Assembly (NCBI GenBank): GCA_965243395.1
Contig: CBDEUS010000002.1
Span: 1,088,001-1,152,000 of the forward strand
DNA from: Gammaproteobacteria bacterium
Lineage (GTDB): Bacteria; Pseudomonadota; Gammaproteobacteria; UBA4575
Length of the DNA stretch: 64,000 nt
Direction of reading: 5' to 3'
Below are positions 34,418-44,884 of the stretch, piece after piece. The position numbers and the translations under genes are program-made. Below the pieces are notes generated by a model. That model was not told the origin of the DNA, searched no databases, and saw nothing but the letters and a program-made list of their open reading frames with translations. How positions within the stretch are numbered: position 1 is the first letter of the stretch; every line of letters begins with the position of its first letter.

Positions 34418-35799
34418 TGCATATTCATATTCTTGGAATTTGCGGAACTTTTATGGGTAGTTTAGCTATTATCGCTAAACAATTAGGTCATACTGTTTCT
34501 GGTTCAGATGTGAATGTTTATCCCCCGATGAGCACTCAACTTGAGATGGCTGGGATAGAATTAATGAGTGGCTATTCAGTCGATCACCTGTTTCCCATGC
34601 CAGATCAGATTATTGTAGGCAATGTTATGTCCCGTGGTAATGAGGTTGCCGAGTACTTGTTAAATAACCATATAGCCTACACATCGGGCCCTGCCTGGTT
34701 GCATGATCAGGTCTTACAAGAACGCTGGGTGCTTGCTGTGGCAGGTACACATGGCAAAACTACGACAAGTAGTATGCTTGCCTGGATTATGGAGTCTGCT
34801 GGTTTAAAGCCAGGGTTTTTGATTGGTGGAGTGCCTGAAAACTTTGAGTACTCTTCCCGATTGGGCGATTCTAAGTACTTTGTAATAGAAGCAGATGAAT
34901 ACGATACTGCTTTTTTTGATAAGCGGTCAAAATTCATACATTACTGTCCCCATACTTTATTGATAAATAACTTAGAATTTGACCATGCAGATATTTTTGA
35001 TGATCTCGACGCTATAAAGCGTCAATTCCATCATCTGCTTCGTATTTTGCCCAGTGATGGAAAGCTCATCATTAATCATGATGATCTAAATATTAAAGAT
35101 GTGATAGATATGGGATGTTGGACACCAATTGAATCGTTTTCTACAACTAATTCTTCTGCAACATGGTTTGCAGATGATATAGATCTTCAAAACTCTCACT
35201 TTACGTTGCAACAAAATAACAAACCACGAGGCTTAGGGGCGTTAAAACTTTTAGGTCGCCACAATATTACTAACGCGATCGCTGCGATTGCGGCAGCACA
35301 GCATGCGGGTGTTTATGTTGAGGATGCATTGCAGGCACTCACAACATTCTCTGGTGTGAAACGGCGTTTAGAGCACATAGGTACATTTAACAATATTAGT
35401 ATCTATGATGATTTTGCTCATCATCCAACAGAAATTGCAGCAACGATTTCTGCATTTAAAGATCAATGTACAGAGGGGCGCATCATTACAATTTTTGAGC
35501 CACGCTCAAATTCAATGCGGCTTGGAATTCATGTAGAGCATTTGGCAAATGCCTTTAATGATGCAGATAAGGTATTTATTTTTGAACCCAGTGATTTACA
35601 GTGGTCTATGCAAGAAGTTGCTCATAATATTAAACCAGATACAAAAGTATTTACTGGCGTAGATGATGTTGTTTTAGATTTACTAAATGAAGTTAAACCA
35701 GGAGACAATATACTAATACTTAGTAATGGAAGTTTTGATAACTTATCTGCAAAATTGGTGTTGCAAATGTCAAGCCGTGAGTCAGGTGCTATACATTAA
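34417..35799 (+). CDS. mpl: Murein peptide ligase Mpl
   Basis: MHIHILGICGTFMG start at ATG 34417, GTHGKTTT, EADEYDTAFFDKRSKF, DDFAHHP. Confidence 0.96.
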   Translation: MHIHILGICGTFMGSLAIIAKQLGHTVSGSDVNVYPPMSTQLEMAGIELMSGYSVDHLFPMPDQIIVGNVMSRGNEVAEYLLNNHIAYTSGPAWLHDQVLQERWVLAVAGTHGKTTTSSMLAWIMESAGLKPGFLIGGVPENFEYSSRLGDSKYFVIEADEYDTAFFDKRSKFIHYCPHTLLINNLEFDHADIFDDLDAIKRQFHHLLRILPSDGKLIINHDDLNIKDVIDMGCWTPIESFSTTNSSATWFADDIDLQNSHFTLQQNNKPRGLGALKLLGRHNITNAIAAIAAAQHAGVYVEDALQALTTFSGVKRRLEHIGTFNNISIYDDFAHHPTEIAATISAFKDQCTEGRIITIFEPRSNSMRLGIHVEHLANAFNDADKVFIFEPSDLQWSMQEVAHNIKPDTKVFTGVDDVVLDLLNEVKPGDNILILSNGSFDNLSAKLVLQMSSRESGAIH

Positions 35800-35814
35800 A
35801 ATGTTTTTAATACC

Positions 35815-37122
35815 ATGACTAACAAAAGAAAACGCCGTAATTTATCTTCTGGGGATCGAATTGGTAAATACCAGCTTGATAGAATCATACATCAAGGGAA
35901 ATATCGTACAATATATAAGGCGTTCGATCCTTTTTTGGAACGCGATGTGGCAATTAAAATTAGCCAGTTTCCAGATGATCCTCATGGTGAAGAAAATTCT
36001 CAACAATTACGAAATTCATTTTTTTTAGAAACGCGTGCTGTAGGACAATTACAACACCCAAATATTGTCGCAGTCTATGATGCGGGAGTAGGTGACCGTC
36101 AAACATTCATTGTGATGGAGTATATAGAAGCGAAGAGCTTGGCTTCTATAATGAATGCTAAAGAAGAAATCCCAATTTCAAAAGCGATTGATATTGCTTT
36201 TAAGTGTTGCAAAGCACTTGAATATGCGCATAGTAAAAATGTTGTACACCGCGATATTAAACCCGCAAATATACTCATCACAACGGATGGTAATGTAAAA
36301 ATTGTAGACTTTGGTGTTGCTAAGGTGCGTGATGAAATAGATACATTCTCGAGCGGGTTATTTGGTTCTCCTTTATATATGTCCCCGGAGCAAATTGAAG
36401 AGCAGGAGGTAGGACCCAGCACGGATTTGTATGCGCTAGGTGTGGTCTTATATGAAATGTTAACAGGTGATAGATTATATGAGGCTGATAATGTGCATAC
36501 GTTAATGTATAAAATTTTACATGAAAAACCTGAAACACTCGCTAGTCGAGGAGTGGAGCATGCAAGTAAAATACAACCTGTTATTGACCAAGCCCTAGAA
36601 AAATCTCAAGATCAACGTTATCCAGCTGCTGCAGATTTTGCCGCAGCAATAAGCAGTGTTGATATAGCCTTACGTTATGAAGAATCAGAAATCATCAAGC
36701 AAGTTAATGCTGAGCAAGCAGGCATGCTTGGTTTTTTTAAAGATTTTAATCATAAACAATTATCGGAATTTGTTGACTTAGTAACCTGGTTGCGAATTTC
36801 GCAAGATGAGACCATTATTTCTGCTGGTGAAATAGACCAAACTTTTTATGTAATCGTGGGTGGTAGAGCAATAGTTTATAAATTAAATGAGCCGGTGAAA
36901 ACATTAAACGAGGGCGATTGTTTTGGTGAGGTTGGACTATTGCGTAATGAAAATAGTAGTACAAGTATCATTGCAAATAGTGACATGTTGTTAATGAAGC
37001 TTACAACCTCCGATTTAGATAAAATGTCTTCAACATTACAAGCACAGTTTTATAAAGCTGTAGCACATTCTATGGTTAAGCGCTTAGCTGAAGACAAATT
37101 AACGGCGGATAAAGCTGCTTAA
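35815..37122 (+). CDS. Hanks-type Ser/Thr kinase with C-terminal cyclic nucleotide-binding domain
   Basis: VAIK, HRDIKPAN, DFG, YMSPEQ; C-terminal GDCFGE cNMP-type domain. Confidence 0.88.
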   Translation: MTNKRKRRNLSSGDRIGKYQLDRIIHQGKYRTIYKAFDPFLERDVAIKISQFPDDPHGEENSQQLRNSFFLETRAVGQLQHPNIVAVYDAGVGDRQTFIVMEYIEAKSLASIMNAKEEIPISKAIDIAFKCCKALEYAHSKNVVHRDIKPANILITTDGNVKIVDFGVAKVRDEIDTFSSGLFGSPLYMSPEQIEEQEVGPSTDLYALGVVLYEMLTGDRLYEADNVHTLMYKILHEKPETLASRGVEHASKIQPVIDQALEKSQDQRYPAAADFAAAISSVDIALRYEESEIIKQVNAEQAGMLGFFKDFNHKQLSEFVDLVTWLRISQDETIISAGEIDQTFYVIVGGRAIVYKLNEPVKTLNEGDCFGEVGLLRNENSSTSIIANSDMLLMKLTTSDLDKMSSTLQAQFYKAVAHSMVKRLAEDKLTADKAA

Positions 37123-37204
37123 TCAAGGTAAAATTCTGGTAATCCGAGTTTTTCCAACTCGCCCCTATAAAACTTATTTTTTAAGTAGGAAAAGAATTTA
37201 GCTC

Positions 37205-37798
37205 TTGTCTTCTAATTTGCAAACATTGCCATTGTTTCCTCTCAATACCGTTATTTTTCCCGGTGGAGCATTGCCATTACGAATTTTTGAGCCACGCTAT
37301 TTAGATATGGTTAAAGAATGTATGCGCAATAATCATGGCTTTGGTATTGCATTAATTAAAAATGGCAATGAATCAGGGTCGGTAGCTGATGTGTACAAAA
37401 CAGGAACAGAATGCCGAATAGACGATTGGGAAACTTTACCGGATGGTTTATTGGGTATTACTGCATATGGTGAAAATAGAATACATATTGAGAACACTCA
37501 TGTTCAAACTGACCAATTGTTGATGGGAGAAGTCGCGTGTATAGAAGAAGACTCTGATACAGAGCTCCCGGAAGAATTTGAAGAGATGCGTATTTTGCTA
37601 CAGAACATAATTACCCAAATTGGGAAGCCATATATAAATTTACCTGCTCATTATGATAAGGCAGGGTGGGTGAGCGCTCGTCTTACAGAGCTGTTACCTC
37701 TACAATCTGCAACTAAGCAAAGACTCTTAGAAATTAATGATCACATTGTGCGTTTATATCATCTAAAAGAGGCTATGCAGGAATTTAAATTTTTATAA
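37205..37798 (+). CDS. LON peptidase substrate-binding domain protein
   Basis: LPLFPLNTVIFPG, LRIFEPRYLDMV; TTG start. Confidence 0.88.
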   Translation: MSSNLQTLPLFPLNTVIFPGGALPLRIFEPRYLDMVKECMRNNHGFGIALIKNGNESGSVADVYKTGTECRIDDWETLPDGLLGITAYGENRIHIENTHVQTDQLLMGEVACIEEDSDTELPEEFEEMRILLQNIITQIGKPYINLPAHYDKAGWVSARLTELLPLQSATKQRLLEINDHIVRLYHLKEAMQEFKFL

Positions 37799-37812
37799 CG
37801 AAGGAGAGTAAT

Positions 37813-38196
37813 GTGGCAACGATTGCCCTAACAAAGGACAACTTTAACGAAACTGTTGAAAACAATGATATTGTAATTATCGATTTTTGGGCTTCATGGT
37901 GTGGCCCTTGTAAGTCTTTTGCGCCAACTTTTGAAACCGCATCAGAAAATCATGAGGATGTTGTATTTGCCAAAGTTAATACAGAAGAAGAGCAGGAGCT
38001 CGCCCAAGCTTGTAATATTCGCTCAATACCAACATTGATGATTTTTCGAGAGCAAATTTTATTGTATTCACAAGCAGGCGCATTACCACCTGCGCAATTA
38101 GAAGATATCATTGACAAAACTAAAGCTTTAGACATGGACCAAGTGCGAGCAGATATTCAAAAGCAAAGCGATGAGCAAGGTTCAAAAAAAGCCTGA
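37813..38196 (+). CDS. Thioredoxin
   Basis: DFWASWCGPC, IRSIPT; AAGGAG RBS, GTG start. Confidence 0.95.
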   Translation: MATIALTKDNFNETVENNDIVIIDFWASWCGPCKSFAPTFETASENHEDVVFAKVNTEEEQELAQACNIRSIPTLMIFREQILLYSQAGALPPAQLEDIIDKTKALDMDQVRADIQKQSDEQGSKKA

Positions 38197-38211
38197 AATT
38201 TAAAGAGCTAA

Positions 38212-40044
38212 ATGACCGAAGATAGTATCGATAAAGTATCTGACGTAAGCCCAGACGCGGTTCCTGAACGCTACACTGTGCGCCATGTATTAAATATGGC
38301 GCTCGCTCATAAAAAAGAACTTTTCTCGGCACATATCATTGCCATTGTAGCGGTGCTAGCTAGCATTCCCATTCCTTTGTTAATACCTTTGTTGATTGAC
38401 GAAGTTTTATTAGACAAGCCTGGAAAAGTGGTGGAAACGATTGGAAGGTATTTCCCCGAGTCATTGCATAGTCCTTTTCTTTATATCATTGCACTTACTG
38501 TAGTATGCATTGTGTTGCGTTTAGTCTATTTGTTGCTAAATGTTTGGCAAACAAAAAAGTTTGTAGGTATTGCAAAAGACATTATTTACCGTATTCGCCG
38601 TCAGCTACTCAATAGACTCAAGTCAGTGGCAATGTCTGAGTATGAAACTTTAGGCGGTGGCGCAGTCTCATCAAAATTTGTTACAGATTTAAATACAGTA
38701 GACCAGTTTGCCGGAGAGACAGTAAGTAAGTTTTTAGTTGCTGCTTTAACTATCGTAGGAGTGGCAGGAGTGTTGATCTGGCTGCACTGGCAGCTTGCGC
38801 TTTTTATTTTGTTTGTAAATCCTTTGGTGATTTACATTACCATGTTAATAGGTAAAAAAGTAAAAGAACTAAAGAAGAAAGAAAATAAATCTTTTGAAAA
38901 ATTCCAGCAATCACTCACTGAAACCTTAGATGGCATCCAGCAGATTCGTGCAAGTAATCGAGAAACATATTATTTAGATCGTGTAAAGGAGGATGCAGAA
39001 CAAGTAAAACAACATTCAACCGCATTTTCTTGGAAAAGTGATGCAGCTAACCGTTTGTCGTTCTCGGTATTTTTAATTGGCTTTGATATTTTCCGAGCAG
39101 TAAGTATGGCGATGGTACTGCTAACGGATCTCAGTATAGGTGAAATGATCGCAGTGTTTGGCTATTTGTGGTTCATGATGGGGCCAGTGCAAGAGGTGCT
39201 TGGTATTCAATATTCTTTTTATGGGGCCAAAGCAGCGCTTGGTCGTATTAATGAATTACTCTATTTACCGAGTGAGCCAAAATATCCGCATATTGAAAAC
39301 CCTTTTGTAGATAAACATGCTGTCAGCGTACAAGTTCAAGATATCAAGTTTGCCTATGGTGATGGTCCCTATGTACTTGATGGTGTAAATCTTTCAATAC
39401 AAGCTGGAGAAAAAGTAGCCCTTGTGGGTGCAAGTGGTGGTGGAAAGTCGACCTTAGTACAAGTTTTATTGGGATTATACCCGCCGCTATTTGGTGAAAT
39501 TATGTTTGATAACGTTTCTGTTTCTCGCATTGGTATGGAAGTTGTACGTGAGCATGTTGCCTGTGTATTGCAACATCCTGCTTTATTTAATGACACAGTG
39601 CGTATGAATTTAACATTGGGTCGTGAGGTGCCTGATGCTGCCTTGTGGCGTGTACTTGAAGTTGCCCAGATTAAAGAAGTTGTGGAGGCTATGCCGAGGG
39701 GATTAGATAGTTTAATAGGTGTCGATGGAATTCGTTTGTCAGGTGGGCAGCGTCAACGTATTGCAATAGCAAGAATGGCGCTAACCAATCCTCAAGTCGT
39801 AATTTTAGACGAAGCAACTTCGGCACTTGATGCAGAGACCGAAGCAAAATTGCATATTGCTTTAGCGGATTATCTGAAAGGACGTACAATGATTATTGTT
39901 GCACACAGACTTAGCGCGGTAAAACAGGCCGATACCGTGTATGTGTTTGAAGATGGAAAAGTAACTGAACAAGGAGGTCATGATGAGTTGCTTATTGCAA
40001 ATGGATTGTATGCAAAGTTATATGGCCAACATCAAACTGCATAA
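38212..40044 (+). CDS. ABC exporter, fused permease/ATPase
   Basis: TM domain followed by GASGGGKST, LSGGQRQR, LDEATSALD. Confidence 0.93.
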   Translation: MTEDSIDKVSDVSPDAVPERYTVRHVLNMALAHKKELFSAHIIAIVAVLASIPIPLLIPLLIDEVLLDKPGKVVETIGRYFPESLHSPFLYIIALTVVCIVLRLVYLLLNVWQTKKFVGIAKDIIYRIRRQLLNRLKSVAMSEYETLGGGAVSSKFVTDLNTVDQFAGETVSKFLVAALTIVGVAGVLIWLHWQLALFILFVNPLVIYITMLIGKKVKELKKKENKSFEKFQQSLTETLDGIQQIRASNRETYYLDRVKEDAEQVKQHSTAFSWKSDAANRLSFSVFLIGFDIFRAVSMAMVLLTDLSIGEMIAVFGYLWFMMGPVQEVLGIQYSFYGAKAALGRINELLYLPSEPKYPHIENPFVDKHAVSVQVQDIKFAYGDGPYVLDGVNLSIQAGEKVALVGASGGGKSTLVQVLLGLYPPLFGEIMFDNVSVSRIGMEVVREHVACVLQHPALFNDTVRMNLTLGREVPDAALWRVLEVAQIKEVVEAMPRGLDSLIGVDGIRLSGGQRQRIAIARMALTNPQVVILDEATSALDAETEAKLHIALADYLKGRTMIIVAHRLSAVKQADTVYVFEDGKVTEQGGHDELLIANGLYAKLYGQHQTA

Positions 40045-40909
40045 ATGTATATTAATTTTAGTATGTGGGTTGTTTAGTACATCTGCATGTGCGCAGTCAT
40101 CGTATTCATATAATCATTTAGGTAATAGTGGCAAGGAGTTTACTCCTGCTTCTGAAATGTCTAGCAAGGACTGGGATGATCCGCACGAGTTAGAGCGTGT
40201 ATGGCAGGCTAGTTTTGTTCGGATTCCTGATCAAGATGGAAAATTTATTCAAACGAGTATTGCAGAAATTGATTCCATATCGCTGAAGAATAACAAAAAG
40301 TATCCAACCGTAATATATTTACATGGCTGTTCAGGATTCTGGGCAGGAACCATCAGACGAATTAATTTTTTAGCGCAGAATGGTTTTGCAGTAATCGCTC
40401 CACCTAGTTTTGCACGTGAAAAATATCCTCGTTCTTGTAGCGTGTATGAACTTGCAGGAGGATTGTATCGAGATACCATTCGGATGAGACAAAATGATGC
40501 TGAGAATGCAATCGGAAAGGCAAAAAATCTGGATTGGGTAGACGATAATAATATTTTCTTAATGGGGCTAAGTGAAGGCGGTATTACTACTGCAACATTT
40601 CATTCAAAAAATGAAAAACATTCTGTAAAAGCTCGCGTAGTGGAGGGTTGGACTTGTACATCGACATGGGATGAATATCGAGGTGTTCGTGCACCAAAAG
40701 ATGAACCTGTGTTAACTTTGGTAGGCTCTAAAGATCCGTGGTTTCAAAATCCTTATACCAATGGTGAGTGCACTGGCTTTCTTGATAAACGAAACGGTAG
40801 TAAATCAGTTGTATTTAAGAAAGGAGATTTAAGCTATAAACATGAGTTACTCGAAGATCAGAGTGTACAGAAAATTGTAAAAGAATTTTTACAGAAATAT
40901 ATTAACTAG
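40022..40909 (+). CDS. Secreted alpha/beta hydrolase (dienelactone hydrolase-like)
   Basis: Signal peptide, YLHGCSG, GLSEGG nucleophile elbow, DPW, terminal HE; start uncertain (track 39980). Confidence 0.78.
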   Translation: MANIKLHKCILILVCGLFSTSACAQSSYSYNHLGNSGKEFTPASEMSSKDWDDPHELERVWQASFVRIPDQDGKFIQTSIAEIDSISLKNNKKYPTVIYLHGCSGFWAGTIRRINFLAQNGFAVIAPPSFAREKYPRSCSVYELAGGLYRDTIRMRQNDAENAIGKAKNLDWVDDNNIFLMGLSEGGITTATFHSKNEKHSVKARVVEGWTCTSTWDEYRGVRAPKDEPVLTLVGSKDPWFQNPYTNGECTGFLDKRNGSKSVVFKKGDLSYKHELLEDQSVQKIVKEFLQKYIN

Positions 40910-40920
40910 ACTTATCCTAT

Positions 40921-41295
40921 ATGCAGCCAAGCGTTGTGAAATTTAATTCATCGCAAGAGTATTTTTTCGATGAAGGTTGTTTTATAACAGAACTTTCAAA
41001 CTCCAGTGAAGATCCAGGCTTGTCGATTGCGAGAGTGCGTGTAGAACCGGGGGTCACTACAAAACTACACCGTCTTACAAAAACAATTGAACGTTATGTG
41101 ATAGTAGAGGGGGAAGGAATTATAGTGCTTGGAGAAGAAGCACCAAAAAAAGTCAGTGCTAATGATGTTGTGATTATTCCAGCTGATTGCTCTCAACAGA
41201 TTACTAATACGGGTGACGGTGATTTGATATTCCTAGCTTTATGCTCACCAAGATTCACTATAGATTGCTATAAAGATCTTACGGGTCTTGCTTAA
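40921..41295 (+). CDS. Cupin domain protein
   Basis: [22 protein letters not shown] cupin motifs. Confidence 0.85.
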   Translation: MQPSVVKFNSSQEYFFDEGCFITELSNSSEDPGLSIARVRVEPGVTTKLHRLTKTIERYVIVEGEGIIVLGEEAPKKVSANDVVIIPADCSQQITNTGDGDLIFLALCSPRFTIDCYKDLTGLA

Positions 41296-42572
41296 ATTTT
41301 TGCAAAGGCCTTATCAGCCATTTCAATGGTTTTTTCAATATCTTCTTCTGTGTGAGCTGCAGACATAAATCCAGCTTCATAAGAAGAGGGCGCAAAATAT
41401 ACGCCTTGGTCTAACATGCTATGGAAAAAAGTATTGAAGTGATCACCATTGCATGATGTGACTTGGGAAAAATTTGTAATTTTATCTTCTTCACTAAAGA
41501 ATAAACCAAACATTCCACTTACATAATTTGCAGTTAGAGGAATATTATTTTTTTTAGCTGCCTCTAACATACCATCAACTAAAAGTTTTGTTTTGCGGTG
41601 TAATTGATCGTGAAAACCACGTTCGGAGAGTAATTTGAGAGTAGTAAGCCCTGCAGTCATCGCAATGGGATTGCCGGAAAGAGTTCCAGCTTGATACACA
41701 GGTCCAACAGGTGCAAGTGAATCCATAATTGCTCGTTCTCCACCAATTGCTCCTACCGGCATTCCGCCGCCTAAAATTTTCCCTAGTGTTGTGAGATCTG
41801 GAACAACTTTATAAAGTTGTTGTGCGCCACCCTTGGCAACACGAAAACCTGTCATCACTTCATCAAAAATTAAAATCGATTTATATTCGGAACAAATTTT
41901 ACGTAAACCTTGCAAGAATCCTTTAATAGGGGGTACACAATTCATATTGCCTGCAATGGGCTCGACAATTACACAAGCAATTTCTTCGCCCACTTCTTCA
42001 AAGACTTGTTCAACTTCTTCTAAGTTGTTGTATGTTAGTGTAAGAGTATTTTCGGCAAGTTCAGGCGGTACGCCTGGAGAGCTGGGTACACCAAGAGTAA
42101 GTGCACCAGAGCCGGCTTTTACTAATAATGCATCACCATGCCCATGATAACAGCCTTCGAACTTTATAATTTTATTGCGACCCGTATGCCCCCGTGCGAG
42201 ACGAATTGCGCTCATAGTGGCTTCAGTACCTGAACTTGTCATGCGCACTAACTCAATAGACTCAATTAAATCACATACCATTTTAGCCATTTCGGTTTCG
42301 ATTTCCGTGGGCGTACCAAAACTCAAACCGTGCTGAGCTGCATGTTGAACGGCTTCAATTACTTCAGGATGAGCGTGACCCAACACCATGGGTCCCCAGG
42401 AGCCTACATAATCGATATATTCTTTATCGTGTATGTCATAAATATGTGCACCGGATGCACGTTTGATAAAAATGGGTGCACCGCCAACTGCTTTGAAAGC
42501 GCGCACAGGTGAATTAACTCCACCAGGAATAAATTTTTGAGCCTCTTCGAATGCTTGTTCAGAAGTAGTCAT
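41292..42572 (-). CDS. hemL: Glutamate-1-semialdehyde 2,1-aminomutase
   Basis: [34 protein letters not shown]. Confidence 0.98.
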   Translation of the reverse strand: MTTSEQAFEEAQKFIPGGVNSPVRAFKAVGGAPIFIKRASGAHIYDIHDKEYIDYVGSWGPMVLGHAHPEVIEAVQHAAQHGLSFGTPTEIETEMAKMVCDLIESIELVRMTSSGTEATMSAIRLARGHTGRNKIIKFEGCYHGHGDALLVKAGSGALTLGVPSSPGVPPELAENTLTLTYNNLEEVEQVFEEVGEEIACVIVEPIAGNMNCVPPIKGFLQGLRKICSEYKSILIFDEVMTGFRVAKGGAQQLYKVVPDLTTLGKILGGGMPVGAIGGERAIMDSLAPVGPVYQAGTLSGNPIAMTAGLTTLKLLSERGFHDQLHRKTKLLVDGMLEAAKKNNIPLTANYVSGMFGLFFSEEDKITNFSQVTSCNGDHFNTFFHSMLDQGVYFAPSSYEAGFMSAAHTEEDIEKTIEMADKAFAKI

Positions 42573-42596
42573 ATCATCAATAATTTGTTTGTGTGA

Positions 42597-43238
42597 TTAA
42601 AATAACGATAAATATTCTTGCACAGCTTGTGGAGTAGATGAAGCGTTAAAAATTCCACTAATAACAGCAATCATGTCTGCACCGGCATTGAGTACTGTAG
42701 CAGCATTTTTGGGAGTAATCCCGCCTATGGCGCAAATGGGTATGGTGAATTCACTTTTAGCTTGTTTGATGAGGGATGTATCTGCTTTAGGTGCTTGAGG
42801 TTTAATTGCTGAATGAAAAAAACTACCAAATGCTATGTAATTAGCTGAAGCTTGAACAGCGGGTTGAACATTGTTGATATCTGCATAGCATGAAGCACCA
42901 ATTATTTTATCTTTACCTAATATATTTCTCGCCATCTCAATTGAAATATCATCTTTTCCAAGATGTACGCCATCAGCATTTATTGATTTTGCGAGATCTA
43001 CATCATCATTAATTACTAATAAACTTTGATGGGTATTTGTCAATTTGTGTAATTGCTTAGCGATTGCAGCTTTATCAATAGGTGGATTAATTTTATCGCG
43101 GTATTGAATGATCTTTACACCTGTAGATAAGACTTCTTGAGCTTTAGTAATAATATTTTTTTTGCCAATGCATTCTGCATCGGCAATCACATATAGGCCT
43201 TGAAGTTTTTGCATGCAAGAAATAATTATTTTAACCAA
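42597..43238 (-). CDS. thiE: Thiamine-phosphate synthase-like protein
   Basis: QYRDK, INDD, GVHLG, AIGGI. Confidence 0.88.
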   Translation of the reverse strand: MVKIIISCMQKLQGLYVIADAECIGKKNIITKAQEVLSTGVKIIQYRDKINPPIDKAAIAKQLHKLTNTHQSLLVINDDVDLAKSINADGVHLGKDDISIEMARNILGKDKIIGASCYADINNVQPAVQASANYIAFGSFFHSAIKPQAPKADTSLIKQAKSEFTIPICAIGGITPKNAATVLNAGADMIAVISGIFNASSTPQAVQEYLSLF

Positions 43239-44017
43239 TGAAATCGATTAGGAATCTTTTGGCCCATCCCAAGCTGGTATGCGGCTTGCAAACATTTCCA
43301 TGTGTATTCTTGTGCTTGATGAGTAGCGGAAACAACATCTTGGCCACGAGCTATATTTGCCGCAATAGCAGAGGCCAGCGTACAGCCGGAACCATGATAC
43401 TGATCAGGTAAGCGAGGCCAGGTATGTGAATCTAGCTTTCTATTATTTCCATAAAGCACATTGCAAACTTTATCGGTTTTTTCATGGCTTCCTGTAACTA
43501 ATACGTAATGTGCACCACGTTCTAAAAGTGCCATAGCACATGCATTTAATGAGTCCCCTTCAGGCGCTAAACTTCTTGCCTCTTCACTATTTGGAGTGAC
43601 GATAGTTGCTAGAGGGACTAGCAAAGTGTTGATAGCATCGACTACATCCTCATTTGCCAAGACTTTGCCGCCTCCAGCAACAATAATAGGATCCAGAACA
43701 ACAGGAATGTTTTCATAATCGGTAAGCAATGTATGAATTGCCATAGCAGTGGTGTCGCTGATAACTAAACCAATCTTTATCGCTGCAACATTCATGTCTT
43801 CTAGAACCACACGTGCTTGTTGAATGATAAAATGCTCATTTATTTGAGCCGTTTCAACGACATTGGTAGTATCTTGCGCTGTCACTGAGCTAATTATTGG
43901 TACTGTATGGCACCCAAGACTCGCAATTGTTTCAATATCTGCTTGTATACCGGCTCCACCTGTTGGATCAGCTCCTGAAATTGTCATTACTACGGGTGGA
44001 TTTATAGATGAGTTCAT
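43226..44017 (-). CDS. thiD: Hydroxymethylpyrimidine/phosphomethylpyrimidine kinase
   Basis: GADPTGGAGIQAD, TPN, HGSGCTLA. Confidence 0.88.
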   Translation of the reverse strand: MNSSINPPVVMTISGADPTGGAGIQADIETIASLGCHTVPIISSVTAQDTTNVVETAQINEHFIIQQARVVLEDMNVAAIKIGLVISDTTAMAIHTLLTDYENIPVVLDPIIVAGGGKVLANEDVVDAINTLLVPLATIVTPNSEEARSLAPEGDSLNACAMALLERGAHYVLVTGSHEKTDKVCNVLYGNNRKLDSHTWPRLPDQYHGSGCTLASAIAANIARGQDVVSATHQAQEYTWKCLQAAYQLGMGQKIPNRFHWLK

Positions 44018-44046
44018 AAATCAATAAATGCAAGGAAGAAACATTT

Positions 44047-44217
44047 ATGCAGTATAAAACATATATGTGTGTCATATGTGGTTGGATCTACGATGAAGCT
44101 AAAGGTGCGCCTGAAGAAGGAATTGAACCAGGAACGCGTTGGGAAGAGATTCCATTTAACTGGAAATGTCCTGAATGTGGAGCGATGAAGGACGATTTTC
44201 AAATGGTAGAGGTATAA
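44047..44217 (+). CDS. Rubredoxin (56 aa, not in the ORF track)
   Basis: [56 protein letters not shown]; two CxxCG motifs; AAGGAAG RBS. Confidence 0.96.
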   Translation: MQYKTYMCVICGWIYDEAKGAPEEGIEPGTRWEEIPFNWKCPECGAMKDDFQMVEV

Positions 44218-44235
44218 ATCCCTATCGTTAAAAAC

Positions 44236-44793
44236 TTAATTTTCCAATTGACTATGCAGATAGGCGATTTTAGCAGAGTGCTCAAGAGAGCAAGTCCATT
44301 TATATGCAAGATTAATTGTTTCGGCACACGCATACACGCCGTGACCACGCACAACTGTAATGCAATACTTACTTAACGTCTTTGCAACAATCTGTGGAGA
44401 TTTATCTGAGTAATCTTCAAAATCGATAGTGTGTACAGGTACAGTTGGGAAGTATAATTTTCCTTCAAAATCTTTAGGAATAAAGTCTTCGCCGGACATG
44501 GTTAAGGCAATCGTATGTGGGCCATGACTATGAAATACTGCATTCGCTTTTGCATTTTGCTGGTAAATTGCCACATGCAATTTTGCATCAAATGAGGCGT
44601 GTTCATTACAACTACCATCTATTGAGCATGCAATTAAGTCGTCGGCCTGAAGTGTATCTGCACAAGCACCTGTAGGGGTCACCCAGATTGTGTCTGCTTC
44701 TCGTGCTGAAGCATTACCACTATGTGAGTCGTTATATCCGTATTTTCGAAGCCAGCGATAATGTTGCACTAACTCTTGTTTTAATACCATCAT
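44236..44793 (-). CDS. Class II aldolase/adducin family protein
   Basis: SGNAS, TPTG, H.AIY, HSH, RGHG metal-binding motifs. Confidence 0.85.
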   Translation of the reverse strand: MMVLKQELVQHYRWLRKYGYNDSHSGNASAREADTIWVTPTGACADTLQADDLIACSIDGSCNEHASFDAKLHVAIYQQNAKANAVFHSHGPHTIALTMSGEDFIPKDFEGKLYFPTVPVHTIDFEDYSDKSPQIVAKTLSKYCITVVRGHGVYACAETINLAYKWTCSLEHSAKIAYLHSQLEN

Positions 44794-44884
44794 TTATAAA
44801 AATACTTTAATTTATTGGGTAACTTCAGATAGGCTTACTGCCCGATTCATAACAAAAATTTTAATTGAATAAAGGATTGAGACA

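Noticed and set aside
44014-44202. 62-aa minus-strand ORF
   Set aside because: Antisense to the clear rubredoxin gene on the plus strand.
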